DNA of 61,398 bases, filler included, from Nemertoderma westbladi (lineage: Eukaryota > Animalia > Xenacoelomorpha), in NCBI GenBank assembly GCA_032718475.1. It is 3 parts of 3 records of this genome, joined end to end, with 100 filler letters (N's around TTAATTAATTAA, not from the genome) between each part and the next. Parts side by side here need not be neighbours in the genome. Positions count along the whole stretch, not along the records: positions 1 to 31,767 come from JAUCBJ010004102.1; 2 more parts are not named here. The stretch is one strand, 5' to 3'. The position numbers and the translations under genes are program-made. Positions 1 to 11,939 of the stretch are shown piece after piece (within the stretch, counting starts at the first letter, position 1; every line of letters begins with the position of its first letter). A model generated the notes under the pieces. It searched no databases. It was given only the letters and a program-made list of their open reading frames with translations, and was not told where the DNA came from.

Positions 1-404
1 GATGAAAGGGGATATGAGTGGTTTATGTGACATTGCGTACCAAAATCCCAGGAGAACATAAAGCTTTAGTTAATACTGCGTAGATTAAGTTAATATCAGA
101 GTTTATTCTAAAATTCTTACTGATGTAAAAAGTAAAGTTGATGGTTTTAGCAATTTTATATATTTATTTATGTTCTAAAAAAAACTCTAAACAGGGCGTA
201 AATGGAGGCAGTACAGGAGGTGAACCACGCGGTTCAACAGGAAGCCGAGACGACGTAGCTAGAGATCGACAGTCTCAATGAGAACGACGATATCGTCTAC
301 GGGTGCTGGTTCGACGCCAACCTAAGCAGCACGATTTACTGAAACGAAACTCAGCGACGTTCATCGGATGTAAGGTCATCCGACACCACAGATGGGTTCA
401 GCGA

Positions 405-885
405 TGAGGTGGGTTACGGATTCGGAGGTGGGTTTGGTTTCGGAGATGGGATCCGGTTACGGAAATGGGTTCCGGTCCCGGATATGGGTTCCGGTTATTC
501 CTGGTATCCGGAGATGGGTTCCGGTCCCGGATAGGGGTTCCGGTTATTCCTGGTATCCGGAGATGGGTTCCGGTTATGGAAATGGGTTCCGGTCCCGGAG
601 ATGGGTTCGGGTTATTCATGGTATCCGGAGATGGGTTTGGGTTTCGGAAATAGGTTCCGGTCCCGGATATGGGTTCCGGTTATTCCTGGTATCCGGAGAT
701 GGGTACCGGATAGGGGTTCCGGCTATTCCTGGTATCCGGAGATTGGTTCCGGTTATGGAAATGGGTTCCGGTCCCGGAGATGGGTTCGGGTTATTCATGA
801 TATCCGGAGATGGGTTTGGGTTACGGAAATGGGTATCGGTCCCGGAGATTGGTTCCGACCCTTAGATTGGTTCCGGCTCCGGGTC
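405..885. repeat. CpG-rich composite minisatellite built from ~18-bp (GGGTTCCGGTCCCGGAGA-like) and ~30-bp (GGGTTCCGGTTATTCCTGGTATCCGGAGAT) subunits
   Basis: Repeated gggttccggt/tccggagat motifs read directly. The overlapping ORFs in several frames are by-products of the repeat. Confidence 0.85.
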
Positions 886-3677
886 ATTGCCCAATAAACA
901 GCGAGCCCAGAAAATGTGAACCACCAATAATAATAGAATGTAAAGGGAATTAAATGAGAGGACGTGAGGGATAGGCGTGATGAATTCTCAATTATCTTGG
1001 ATATTTGTTTATACCTAGAGCACAGCAAACAGAGTTAATCCCAGTGCATGAAGGGAAGGGAAATTATTAATGAGGTGCGGAAAACGAATAGCTGAATAAT
1101 TATGTCCAAATATGAAAAACGACTCCGCGATAAGTGATCAATGATTGATAATTCATATCTTAGTAGAAGCGACATGATCGTGGCAGTAATATGAACTGGA
1201 ACTGTTCAAGTATCAAGTATAATAATTTCTTTCATATCTATCAAATTAAATTAAATCGCACACAATAATAAATATTTATTATGGAAATTGTTAATGTGTG
1301 GTCTTGGTGCTGCTACCACAGCCAGGCTGACTAGCTGTCAAGCCCAACTGCAGTAGCTGATAGATGGGGTGGGGGGGGGGGGGGGGGGGGGGGGTGTCTA
1401 TAATTCTTTTTAAAAAAAGACAATACTTCAGAGTTGTAAAATTTAGTAATGATATTTTTCATTACAGTATTTTAGAATTTAAAATTTTTCCTGTGGATTC
1501 CGTCTCGTCTGTTAGATATGCTACAATTTAGCGAAACAGGCACAAGTAATGTAGACTTATTTTTTTTATATTTTTCAATTGGAATACAATAAGATAGAGT
1601 GAATGAAGGATATATTAAAGGACTTTTTGAGATAAATAATATATGGAATTAATGGAGGAATGCTTCAATGATCGAAAATATTCAATGAACTATAACAAAC
1701 AGGGAAAATGTTCAATACAGTACATACATAGAATAGAGTATTAGTTAACAATCTATAACTCAATATACATATATACATAGAACTTCAAATAACCTCAAGC
1801 CATCTATCTCAGCAATCTCATCAGCTGCGTTGGTGCTCCCTCCAAATTTTACTTTTGAATTTCAGGTAAGAAAAAAAAATAATCACCATTTACGCAATTC
1901 AAGAAAACGTTTACTAAATAATACTCTTCGCCGATATTAAATATAATTATTAACACAGGAATTAATTATTATGGCCCCCCCTCAGCACCCTCACCCTGAC
2001 CACTGGTGTTTGATTATTTTATAGCCCTCATCTGTTTGATGAATGATAAAATGAAAGAACCATTAAACAACGACGTAATTCATACATACGTGACTCATAA
2101 TAACGTAGGGCAGAGAGAAACAACGCGAGTAAAACAATTGGAGGTTACACGCTACCGTTTGGGGGTCATTTCAATAATAATAATTATAGATCGAATGACT
2201 GTATAAAAACTCTTACCATATGGCAGTCTCACCAATTATTATGGTGCAGCTAATTATACACACGTTTTAACAGCCGACATCACACCGCACAAAGCCTTGC
2301 TCTATCGATCCTAAATGGGTCATTATTTTTTTATTGTAAAAGTGTTGTTTAATTTATAATCCACACACTCCCGCATATTAATCATAATATTTATATTTTT
2401 CGCATTCGAATAATAATAAACTATATTGTATTTACATTCATTTTATAACTGACGCTGACGTGCGATTTTATAAAATAAATGGTACCAAAAAAATAAAAAT
2501 TGCAATAATTTTAATAGAAATTTTAGTGTCATAATTGTTGCTAACTAATGTTTAGTAGAGGCGGAGTTATAGTGTGAAACTGACTTAAATAAATCTTTGT
2601 GAATTATAATCGTATACATTGATTTGGGTTTACATTGAGCGATATTGCACTTAACTAGCGTTAGATTGGGTGTAAGTGAGATAATTTTGTGTTAGTTTTA
2701 GTGAGATTGCAGAGAGTTAGATACATGATTTACTAACACTGTAGTGGGTTATATTGAGCGAGATATTGAGTGACATTAGCGTGTGTTAGATTGACAGACT
2801 ATTATAGTAGATTGGGGTAAGTCACGGATAACTGTATACTTGTTTGGGTTCGGTAGCGATCGAGTGAATCGCCTTGCACGTGAGGAGGCATCCATGGAGT
2901 AATTGAACGGCATCAACAACTCCAGTCAAAGCGAAGATCACGAACGGGGGGAGGCGAGAGTGGTTCGTAATAATTGGTTCAAAGATTTGTAGCAGCATCG
3001 AGAAGTCGGTATAATGACAAGATGATTTTTAACCCATTTCAAAGCGGTAATTGCAGTATTAACAAGGCGAACTGCTGCATGGATTCAACTCTCAAGAAAA
3101 ATCGGAGCATAAAAAATAATGAGACGGATATAAAGACAGTTGGATAATATAAACGGTGAGAGAGAATTGTGGGAGGTGGGGATCGTGCCTCACCGACGAG
3201 GTTACAACAACCAGCAGTTCTCCTCAGCGTGTACATTCGCGGTCCATTGAGGTAAATCCCAGCGCAAACGTTGACTCTACGTCCCTGCGGAAGGGAGGCG
3301 AAGCCACGGCCGCCAGGCGATAAGGAATTGATCCCGTATAATAGCAGCAGCCATTGGGAGCGACTTGCTCACAGCGGACCGTTCCTTCCTACCAGTAAGT
3401 CGACCAATCGCATCGTCGGAGGCTCTCGTTGCCGGAATTAAATCCTGCCGCATTCACCAGCCGTCACACAACTCCAACTATTAAACAATCGTTCCTAACA
3501 TAAATAATTAAATAATACAGTAATCACAGTTTACACACAAAATAAGTATCGATTAAAAGATATTAAAACATAAATAAGTAATTTTTCAATAAATATAGTT
3601 GAAATACATTTTAGTGTTCACAGTTATAAACTGCTCGTTTTACATTATTCGCACATTTTATTAATGGTTTTTCCGAC

Positions 3678-6600
3678 ATGTTACCATTTGTAAAACTTTT
3701 CGTTCTGTTAGCTTTATTCACGATCACGGCGTATTGCCGCGTCTTACCGGCACTGCACTACGTCGTGGAAGAGGAACAACCGAAACGCTTCAAGATCGGG
3801 AACCTACGAGACTCTTTCCCGGATGTGGGAACCAATACCCAGTTCCTCACGGCCAAGGACGTCACTAAATGGGTCGAGGTCGCTCGATCCGGCGAGGTAT
3901 TCACTCGGAGGAAGTTGGACAGGGAGGCTGAATGCTTGGATCAAGACAGACTTCAACCATGCACGCAAGAACTGGAGATTGAGGTTAAATACCACAAAAG
4001 CACCAACTCTGACAGCACTATGCTTGTCATTGAATTAATTGATATTAACGACCACTCACCAGAATTCCCTGTTAGACATTACGATGCGAAAGTGGTAGAA
4101 TCTAATAACCCAAATAGTCAACGGATAGAATTGCCGAGTGCAACTGATGCAGACATCGGCGATAACGGGGTACGTTATTACGAGCTGGCAGGGAGCGGGA
4201 TGAATGCGTTCCGGTTGAAAACGCGCCCTGGAGCACACGGCAGTCCCATGACGCCAGTACTAACTCCTGCCTACGAGTTAGACAGGGAGCAGCGTAGCAG
4301 CTACCAGCTGGTCCTCATCGCCATGGATAACGGGAGCCCAATGCGTACAGACGAGATGAGAATCACTGTAACCATTATAGATCGTAATGATAATACTCCG
4401 ATCTTCGAGCAGTCTATTTATCGAGCCGAAGTTGGAGAGAACCAGGTCAAGGGAACCAAAGTCGTCATTGTAAAAGCCACCGACACGGATGAAGGTGTCA
4501 ACTCACAAATCAGGTATCAAATCGCAAACAGCAATCCGGATGAAGTTAAAGAAGTATTTCATATAGATGAGTACGACGGATTTATATCAACTAATCGCCA
4601 ATTGGACTTTGAACACAAGAGAATGTATCGGATTATTGTTATCGCTTCGGACCATGGGGAAGAATCATCACAAAGTCAGACTGTGGTCGATGTTCAAGTC
4701 TTGGATGTGAATGACAATACCCCGGAAATAACACTGATAAATAAGGTTAAAATAAAAGAAAACAATATATTAATAGTACCAGAAGACATTCATCCCGGAA
4801 CAGTTATAGCCAGGGTGCAGGGCAAAGACGCCGACAGTGGTATCAATGGACGACTGGATGCTCGGGTTACTGCTGGGACCGAATACTTCGAAATGGTTGA
4901 AATGCTAGCTAATCGTCTTTGGCTACTGCAAATAAAGAAACCACTGGACCGAGAAGTCACCCCTTATCACAACATAACAGTAACTGTGTCTGATAAAGGC
5001 AACCCTCCACTAAGATCATCAATATCTCTTGCCATAGAACTCACTGACGTAAATGACTCTCCACCAAAGTTCGATGAAGATATTTATAATTTTGAAATCC
5101 AAGAAAATGTTATTCAGAGAGATATAGGAAGTGTGAGAGCAATAGACCCCGACCTCGACAGCAGTGGAATTCGGTATTTTCTGGAAGACAACGCATATGG
5201 TAGCTTGAGTATTGATCAAAACAATGGCAGCATCAGTGTGATTAGGTCGTTAGACAGGGAAGGGAAATACGGACCCGTGTTGATGGTTAATGTCATAGCT
5301 GAGGATATAGCGAAAGAACCGGCAACGTCAACAGTTATGGTCAACATCAACATCATTGATGAAAACGACAACGACCCAGTGTTCATCCCCAAAAGCGCCA
5401 AGGGGGAAATATTTACAGTGTATTTGGATGAAAACACAAAAGCAGGTACCCTGGTACATAATGTGCACGCAGAGGACAACGATGAAGGCAACAACGGAAA
5501 AATTCGATATTCTCTGATAGATGACTCTATTGGGTTTATCATTAATGAGAATAGTGGCAACTTGACAACCAGCAAGGTGTTTGACAGAGAACTTGTTAAA
5601 GCACCAATCAACCTCATTGTAGTTGCCCAAGATACCGGTTTTCCGGAAACACGGAGTGCAAGAAAAATACTTAAAGTTATCATAACCGATAAGAATGACA
5701 ACAAGCCGTGGATAAGTTACCCGATACGAGATAAATCATATCCAATTCCGCGGACCGCTGCCATTGGCTCCCGAGTTCTCCAAGTAAAAGCCACGGATGA
5801 CGATCTCCATGGAAACAGTCAGATCGTTTACAGTATCATCAGTGGAGATCCCGAAGATATTTTTGGAATAAAACACCAGACGGGGGTGCTCTATGTAAAG
5901 AATCCTATTCCTAAGCACCTCTCAGGAAAACACACGCTAACTATAGAAGCACGGGACAGGGGCAACCCACCCCGTTGGGACACTGTCCCGATAGAATACG
6001 AGATAGTAAGCAAACCAATTGGGAATTCATCCATGATTATTTTAGATGAATTCGTTGTCACTACAGCGAATGTCGACCCTGAGAAAGACGGCCAATTCAA
6101 CCTAGTGCTTGCAATGGGGATTCTTGGGAGTGTCATATGCATCGTGATGTTAGTGCTTTTTCTCGTCGTTGTTTATTATAAATGCTACGACAACCGCCGA
6201 GCCTACCACCCGACGAAACAGCAATCGAAACGTGAGAAATCTGGCGACATCGAGGGTGTGATCGCTAATGGCGGCTTTTTCGGCCGCAAAAGAGATAAAA
6301 AGGGAAAGTATAACAGCGATACAACGGCCAATCGGCTGAGTTACACAGGGGAGGAGAACCATAATAGTTTATCGGGAACTCCGATGACAATTCGCGGGAA
6401 TCCAGTACATGACTACAGTACAATAAAACCCAACGACGTCCATGTAGTCTACGTTCCATCAAACAGTAGGAAGAACGGACCAGTCGAGACGACGTGTACG
6501 TTGGTGCCGATGGAGAAGAGCCGAGAGAAACCCGACGGAGCTGATAGCAATCGGTACCCGATGTCACGGCAGAATTCCTTGAAACGGAGCCACGACGGCC

Positions 6601-7184
6601 GTCGCAGTATCGGAGACAGACCGCCGGGTTACTTTCAGCAGACTAGTTGCCCCGCAGACTGTCCCGGCGGTGCAAGGGACTGTCCCAGCCGCGCCAGTGT
6701 ACAATCAGACGACCCCTGGATACAAATGCACTGCAAACCCGACCACAAGTACGCCACAACCAACGGGGACACAAATACAACGGAGCAAATTCGTCCAATT
6801 CTCTCGGTTGGACGTCATAAAAAATCCTTAGAAAATTTAGCCCCCAGAGGTTCAGTAGCCGGGGTTAAACGTGGCCATTACGCCGACTGCGGCCTTCCAT
6901 CGAAAAACTCATTCAACCCGAACGGCGTGGAAGCTAATTTATGGTCGCCGAATCAGCGTGCAATGAAGGGCAGCTGCCCGGACATTCACAACGTAGAGAG
7001 AGACTATACACAGCGTTCTGGAACAGCTCCAAGGAAACTCCGCATACGAAACAACCCCGAATTAACTGAGGTGGACAATCCGTGGCTTAAGAAATCTGCA
7101 GCGCCATTCTACGAGCAGCGCAAACAACCAACAATCGGACCAACATCGCAGATATGTCGGCTAACCTCGAACGAGGACCACTAG
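3678..7184 (+). CDS. Protocadherin, delta-1-like architecture (signal peptide, 7 EC repeats, TM helix, ~330-aa cytoplasmic tail), single coding exon
   Basis: 1168-aa ORF with a hydrophobic N-terminus. Six DxND linkers (DINDHSP, DRNDNTP, DVNDNTP, DVNDSPP, DENDNDP, DKNDNKP), LDRE/LDFE and AxDxG motifs, a 7th EC ending ARDRGNPP, and TM LVLAMGILGSVICIVMLVLFLVVVYY. Confidence 0.95.
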   Translation: MLPFVKLFVLLALFTITAYCRVLPALHYVVEEEQPKRFKIGNLRDSFPDVGTNTQFLTAKDVTKWVEVARSGEVFTRRKLDREAECLDQDRLQPCTQELEIEVKYHKSTNSDSTMLVIELIDINDHSPEFPVRHYDAKVVESNNPNSQRIELPSATDADIGDNGVRYYELAGSGMNAFRLKTRPGAHGSPMTPVLTPAYELDREQRSSYQLVLIAMDNGSPMRTDEMRITVTIIDRNDNTPIFEQSIYRAEVGENQVKGTKVVIVKATDTDEGVNSQIRYQIANSNPDEVKEVFHIDEYDGFISTNRQLDFEHKRMYRIIVIASDHGEESSQSQTVVDVQVLDVNDNTPEITLINKVKIKENNILIVPEDIHPGTVIARVQGKDADSGINGRLDARVTAGTEYFEMVEMLANRLWLLQIKKPLDREVTPYHNITVTVSDKGNPPLRSSISLAIELTDVNDSPPKFDEDIYNFEIQENVIQRDIGSVRAIDPDLDSSGIRYFLEDNAYGSLSIDQNNGSISVIRSLDREGKYGPVLMVNVIAEDIAKEPATSTVMVNINIIDENDNDPVFIPKSAKGEIFTVYLDENTKAGTLVHNVHAEDNDEGNNGKIRYSLIDDSIGFIINENSGNLTTSKVFDRELVKAPINLIVVAQDTGFPETRSARKILKVIITDKNDNKPWISYPIRDKSYPIPRTAAIGSRVLQVKATDDDLHGNSQIVYSIISGDPEDIFGIKHQTGVLYVKNPIPKHLSGKHTLTIEARDRGNPPRWDTVPIEYEIVSKPIGNSSMIILDEFVVTTANVDPEKDGQFNLVLAMGILGSVICIVMLVLFLVVVYYKCYDNRRAYHPTKQQSKREKSGDIEGVIANGGFFGRKRDKKGKYNSDTTANRLSYTGEENHNSLSGTPMTIRGNPVHDYSTIKPNDVHVVYVPSNSRKNGPVETTCTLVPMEKSREKPDGADSNRYPMSRQNSLKRSHDGRRSIGDRPPGYFQQTSCPADCPGGARDCPSRASVQSDDPWIQMHCKPDHKYATTNGDTNTTEQIRPILSVGRHKKSLENLAPRGSVAGVKRGHYADCGLPSKNSFNPNGVEANLWSPNQRAMKGSCPDIHNVERDYTQRSGTAPRKLRIRNNPELTEVDNPWLKKSAAPFYEQRKQPTIGPTSQICRLTSNEDH

Positions 7185-9242
7185 AGAAAAAAACTAGAAA
7201 ATAAATTAAATAAATATGTGCGTAGGATATATGTGTAAATCATGATTATGTAATGGTTTATATCCCGATAACTTTTTGTATATTTATTGTATATTTTCTC
7301 ATAATTTTTTATATTTTGTCAACTAGCATTTTAGCAAGCAGCTATCTAATCGCATGCAATATTCATAAATATGCGAAAATAAAATATTTATTTTAAAGAC
7401 CTCCATCGCAAATTTAATAACAAGTTATATATATTTAATTAACGGAAAATGTGAACATGGGAGGGGATGGGAGGGGGGGGGGGGGGGCAGTAAATTAATG
7501 TCATATATTCCAGGGGATAGACGAACATTTTAAAGTAAGAAGTTTAAACATATTTATATTTTTTTATTTACAATTATTACTTTCCCTTAAAATAAATATT
7601 GGTTTATATATAGATGAGACAAGGTTGCTGGCTGCTGCTATTACTACAAAAACATATATATTTGGATTATATTATGTTCTATCGAAATTTAATACCCCGC
7701 CCGGAACCATTTTTTGAAATTATTATCAGGAAACAAATTATATTACAATTGGTGATGAATTACCAATCGTAATGTATTTTGATTGACGATAAAATTAAAT
7801 TTTGATAAAATAATAATGAATTATCATTATTATCAAAATTTAATAAACCGCGACAATATATTAACGAAGCCTGGAAAAACAGCAATTCGTTTGTTAGACT
7901 TATTATTCAGCTGAGTTAGTTAAAGTAGTTAGTTTTAAGTCAATCAATGAATGGCTCTCCAAATGTATCAATTCACTCAGAAGATTTGGATAATTTGGTT
8001 TGTAATAAAACCTGAATTATATAATAATTATTAACAATTGAAATGAAAAAATTATAAAAGTGTTCCGCGGTATAATGTAGTACATAATATACAACTTGGT
8101 ATACCAACTGAGTTTCATAATATTTCAATTATAAAATAAAATTAGGCATATCATGCTTTATAACTTTATTTTACTTTACTTGGATAGCTATAACCTGTTA
8201 CTTTATAAGGGGTAATATAACTAATTAATATTTCAGCATCATTATTGTGTATTGTATACTTTACGCTTTTTGTTCGATTACATGTTGTTGTGATACAATT
8301 ATGATGTAGGAGTTAATAATGTATTAAGTATAGAATTGTTACATAAATACAAAGGAATCCTATTTTGTACTAAAATTTTGAAGTTAATAATACCTAACAG
8401 CGACTTAAGTTTTAGATTGTGTCTAAATTGTGACCCGTGTGAATATACCTAATAAATGTGTCAAATACAATGTTATTTTACCTCTCAAAATATGTTGTAA
8501 TAATGACTTACAGCGTTTTATTTATTATAAAAATACTTCGGTTTATACGGACACACACCCATGCAGGATAATAAGGGGACTCAATAAATAAAATACTGTC
8601 TAAAAAAATAATGAATGTCAAAAAAATATATTATTTAATAGAACCTTTGTATATTACATGTAAAAGAATCGAATATTATAATTGCTGTAATATGCCAATA
8701 ATGTTGAGAGAACAAGTTGAGTCAAATGATGATAATAAATTTGGCAGGTGGAAAGCTGTCACATCAGAGAGTAGGAGAAGCTCCTAATGACCCACATATA
8801 TGGCTCGCACCCCATATACAAATCGATTGAAATCTTCCCTCGGGTTACACTTTACGGACCAGACCAGTAATATTTAACGGAGACGCCAGCATCAACCCAA
8901 CCAATGCAGGTCGTGAATTAATATGTAAATAATGACAACATTTTATGTTAATAAAGGCCTTGGTTCCAACACATGGCTTATACCACTACACATTGCGTAT
9001 CTACTCTGTCATGTTGGCCGCGATTTCTTGTGTCCTTGAGTTGTGGTAACATGTGCTACGAAGTCTCTGTGTTTTAATTAAGGAATTATATATTATTTGG
9101 CTATAATATTTAGTCAACATTGATTTATGAAATCAATAACAGTCATAGATTCGGAAAATTCACTTACAGATTTCTGTTCAAATATGTGAAGAAACTTTAT
9201 GGTTGGTGGATCAATGGTGACTAAAAACTCAACAAAATAAAT

Positions 9243-9366
9243 ACTGGACTGGACTGGACTGGACTGGACTGGACTGGACTGGACTGGACTGGACTGGACT
9301 GGACTGGACTGGACTGGACTGGACTGGACTGGACTGGACTGGACTGGACTGGACTGGACTGGACTG
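9243..9366. repeat. (ACTGG)n pentanucleotide microsatellite, ~25 copies
   Basis: Perfect ggactggact run. Confidence 0.97.
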
Positions 9367-10058
9367 GGAAACCTTCCGATCAGCTGATCTCTAACTTTAA
9401 TAAATGCAACTTCTGTTTTTGGTTCGCAAGAATATACAAGATAGTTAGGCTGCGTGGGATTTTACTGTGTTTGAGTAAAAAATACAGACGTGATTCATTA
9501 ACAAAATGAAATGAATACCAATTTTCCAAACCACAACCAGGTAACTGGAGTGTGTGTCGACTGCGTGCGGACGTGGAGTAATTTCAATTGATGGCACGAC
9601 TCAGATAGATAGATTACCTGTGTAAGGGTATACCTCTTCCCATCGGTCAATCGCTAGCTACGCTAACTGAAAACAGTAACGAAAATGGACAGTACGGTAA
9701 AGCAGGGGGTAAACCAACGTCACCTGGGGAATTAGTCAAAAACGCACAACCTGAATACAAATAAGTTGAGGCAATTGCTTGCTGTAAGGGGTGCCAAGAC
9801 ACAGGGCCTATTACTGTGACAAGGGGAACATTATACCTCGTTGTATGTATGCGTGTCTGTCTGTGGGTAAAAGGTTTGCCTTTTAAAATAAGAAAAAGTG
9901 TTACTAATGGCCTATTGTAATTAAATTATACCGTGAGCCATCTTCCTAAAATCGAATTAACATTCGCAGAATCTCTGCAGAATTCTGAATCAATATTCGT
10001 CTATTTGTGCTGTTATCAATACAATTAAACGATAGAATGTAACGACATGCTGACTTAA

Positions 10059-10165
10059 GGGGATTCTGGTACATGATGGTACATCATGGGATTCTGTTAC
10101 ATATTATGGTACATAATGGGATTCTGGTACATATGATGGTACATCATGGGATTCTGGTACATATG
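10059..10165. repeat. ~29-30-bp minisatellite (GGGATTCTGGTACATATGATGGTACATCAT), ~3.5 copies
   Basis: Tandem copies read directly. Confidence 0.85.
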
Positions 10166-11574
10166 AGGTGATCAATAAAATTAATCGTGTTATAAGACGA
10201 AATTGCCGTTTCTGGCTAATTATTGTTCCCCATTGAAATTTAACATCCTTATACGCACAATATGTCAGTTTAAAGCAAAAGTGCGAAGTAAAGCTTAACC
10301 TTTCATAAAGAAACTAAAATCTCACATGTGTTTCACCATAAAAAAAAAGTTGTTATGTATTTAAGGGTCATATAAAATGACTGTCCGAAATGATGTCACA
10401 TTACGATATTATTATTAACGGAAATCCAAAACTATTTCTAAGAAAATACGATCATAAAATAATTACGGAATATCAATAATGCCCAACAAATAATATTTGT
10501 TAATGAGTTTTTTATTACTTTTTTGTACGTGTTTTATACGGGTATGTTATGAAGCCGACAAATTCTACTCGCAATTAAAATTATTTGCGAAGCAAAGAAA
10601 GCTTCCGAATCTATTCGAGTAGTTGGCATACGTAATTAAAGATATGAAGTGAATATAATACAGTAACTATATGCAGATATAATTGTAATATATCGATATT
10701 TCGCAGTCAATCAGCCCATAATAAGGGCGCTATACTAGCCAAGCGCATAATAGTGTTCCTTTCAGGAAAAAACCCCTTAATGGAACAATAATAATTGAGT
10801 GCAGATTTATCTCACTCAACCTTGCTTCTCAGAATCACCACAGGTGATTAAAGCGTTTCACGAGCTATCGAGTTGAGCGCAGACGGCCCATTAATAATCT
10901 TGTAAAAATATAAATAATAATGGGGGAGTGCAAATATATATGAGCATCGGTGACAAACATACGGCCGCTATGCTGGCCAGAGAACATTCAAGGCCGTGTA
11001 TGTCACCAGGTCGGGGAGGGGGGGGGGGGGGGGGGGGGATGCATGCGGTCCGAGTGAATAAATAATAACCAGTCCAAACTTCATTTCCCAAACTTCCTGT
11101 CCCATAAGCAGAAAACCAACAATTACGAGCTGTCAGCTACTACAGCTCTCATTTAAACACCTAATCCCAAACACAAGGTCGCGGGTATTCTTATTATTAT
11201 TATTACATGAAGAAATCGCTTGAGAAATTCATATATTTTTTGAAAAAAAAAACAGTTTGATTTGAAAGAGCTAAGCAGTTCTGGCTCAGCTCAATGCCAA
11301 CTACTTACTGCAAGAACGATGACAGCTTAATAAATAAGTCATAAAACCGGCAGAAATTAAATAACAGGATATTAAAAAATGTTACCAACCCATCACTCAA
11401 CGCAAACAAGTTACTGTAATCAGTCAGTTCTAACTTATGTGGTTGTTCTAATTTACAAATTATTGATAGTATCAATGTGTTGGCAAGCTGTATTTTTCGA
11501 GGTGTTTGTTATTATACATTTATTATAGGAAGGGATCTAGGGGTCTTTACCTCGAATGATAAGTTTATTTTACC

Positions 11575-11939
11575 GAAAATAACTTATCTTTTATTGGCGC
11601 AATTGTAGGACTAATCCCATCACATGCGTTCTTTTTAACCGGGTAGTGTACAAATTTAAGAATCGCGTATTTTTTCTTGAAATTAATATCTCATATCTCT
11701 CCAAACCACGTACGCGTTTCGACCTTACTGGGTCTCATCAGCGTGGTGTCGGATTCGAACCTGGGACCTCGAGGTGGAAGCCGAGACTACAACCACAAGG
11801 TCACAGGTTCTTGAGATATGGAGTATTAATTTCAAAGCCAGCTGCCATTTTATTAGCCCCTGATTTTTTGATTATTGATAGTATCTGATATTGATGGGAT
11901 TAGTCCTACAATTGCGCCAATAAAAGATAAGTTATTTTC
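11575..11939. mobile_element. Inverted-repeat-bounded element (48-bp perfect IR) enclosing a tRNA-derived SINE head
   Basis: 11575-11622 gaaaataacttatc...cccatca is the reverse complement of 11892-11939. Confidence 0.75.
11745..11804 (-). mobile_element. tRNA-derived SINE head or tRNA pseudogene
   Basis: Minus strand reads gtgaccttgtggttgtagtctcggcttccacctcgaggtcccaGGTTCGAATCCgacacc: canonical B box, a TTCCA-containing anticodon-like loop, poor acceptor stem. Confidence 0.65.

Noticed and set aside
392-897. Gly-rich ORFs
   Set aside because: Open in several frames on both strands because of the repeat; no domain recognised.
1861-1872. CAG|GTAAGA donor as a 5' UTR exon of the protocadherin
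   Set aside because: A single motif with no identifiable partner acceptor or transcript evidence.
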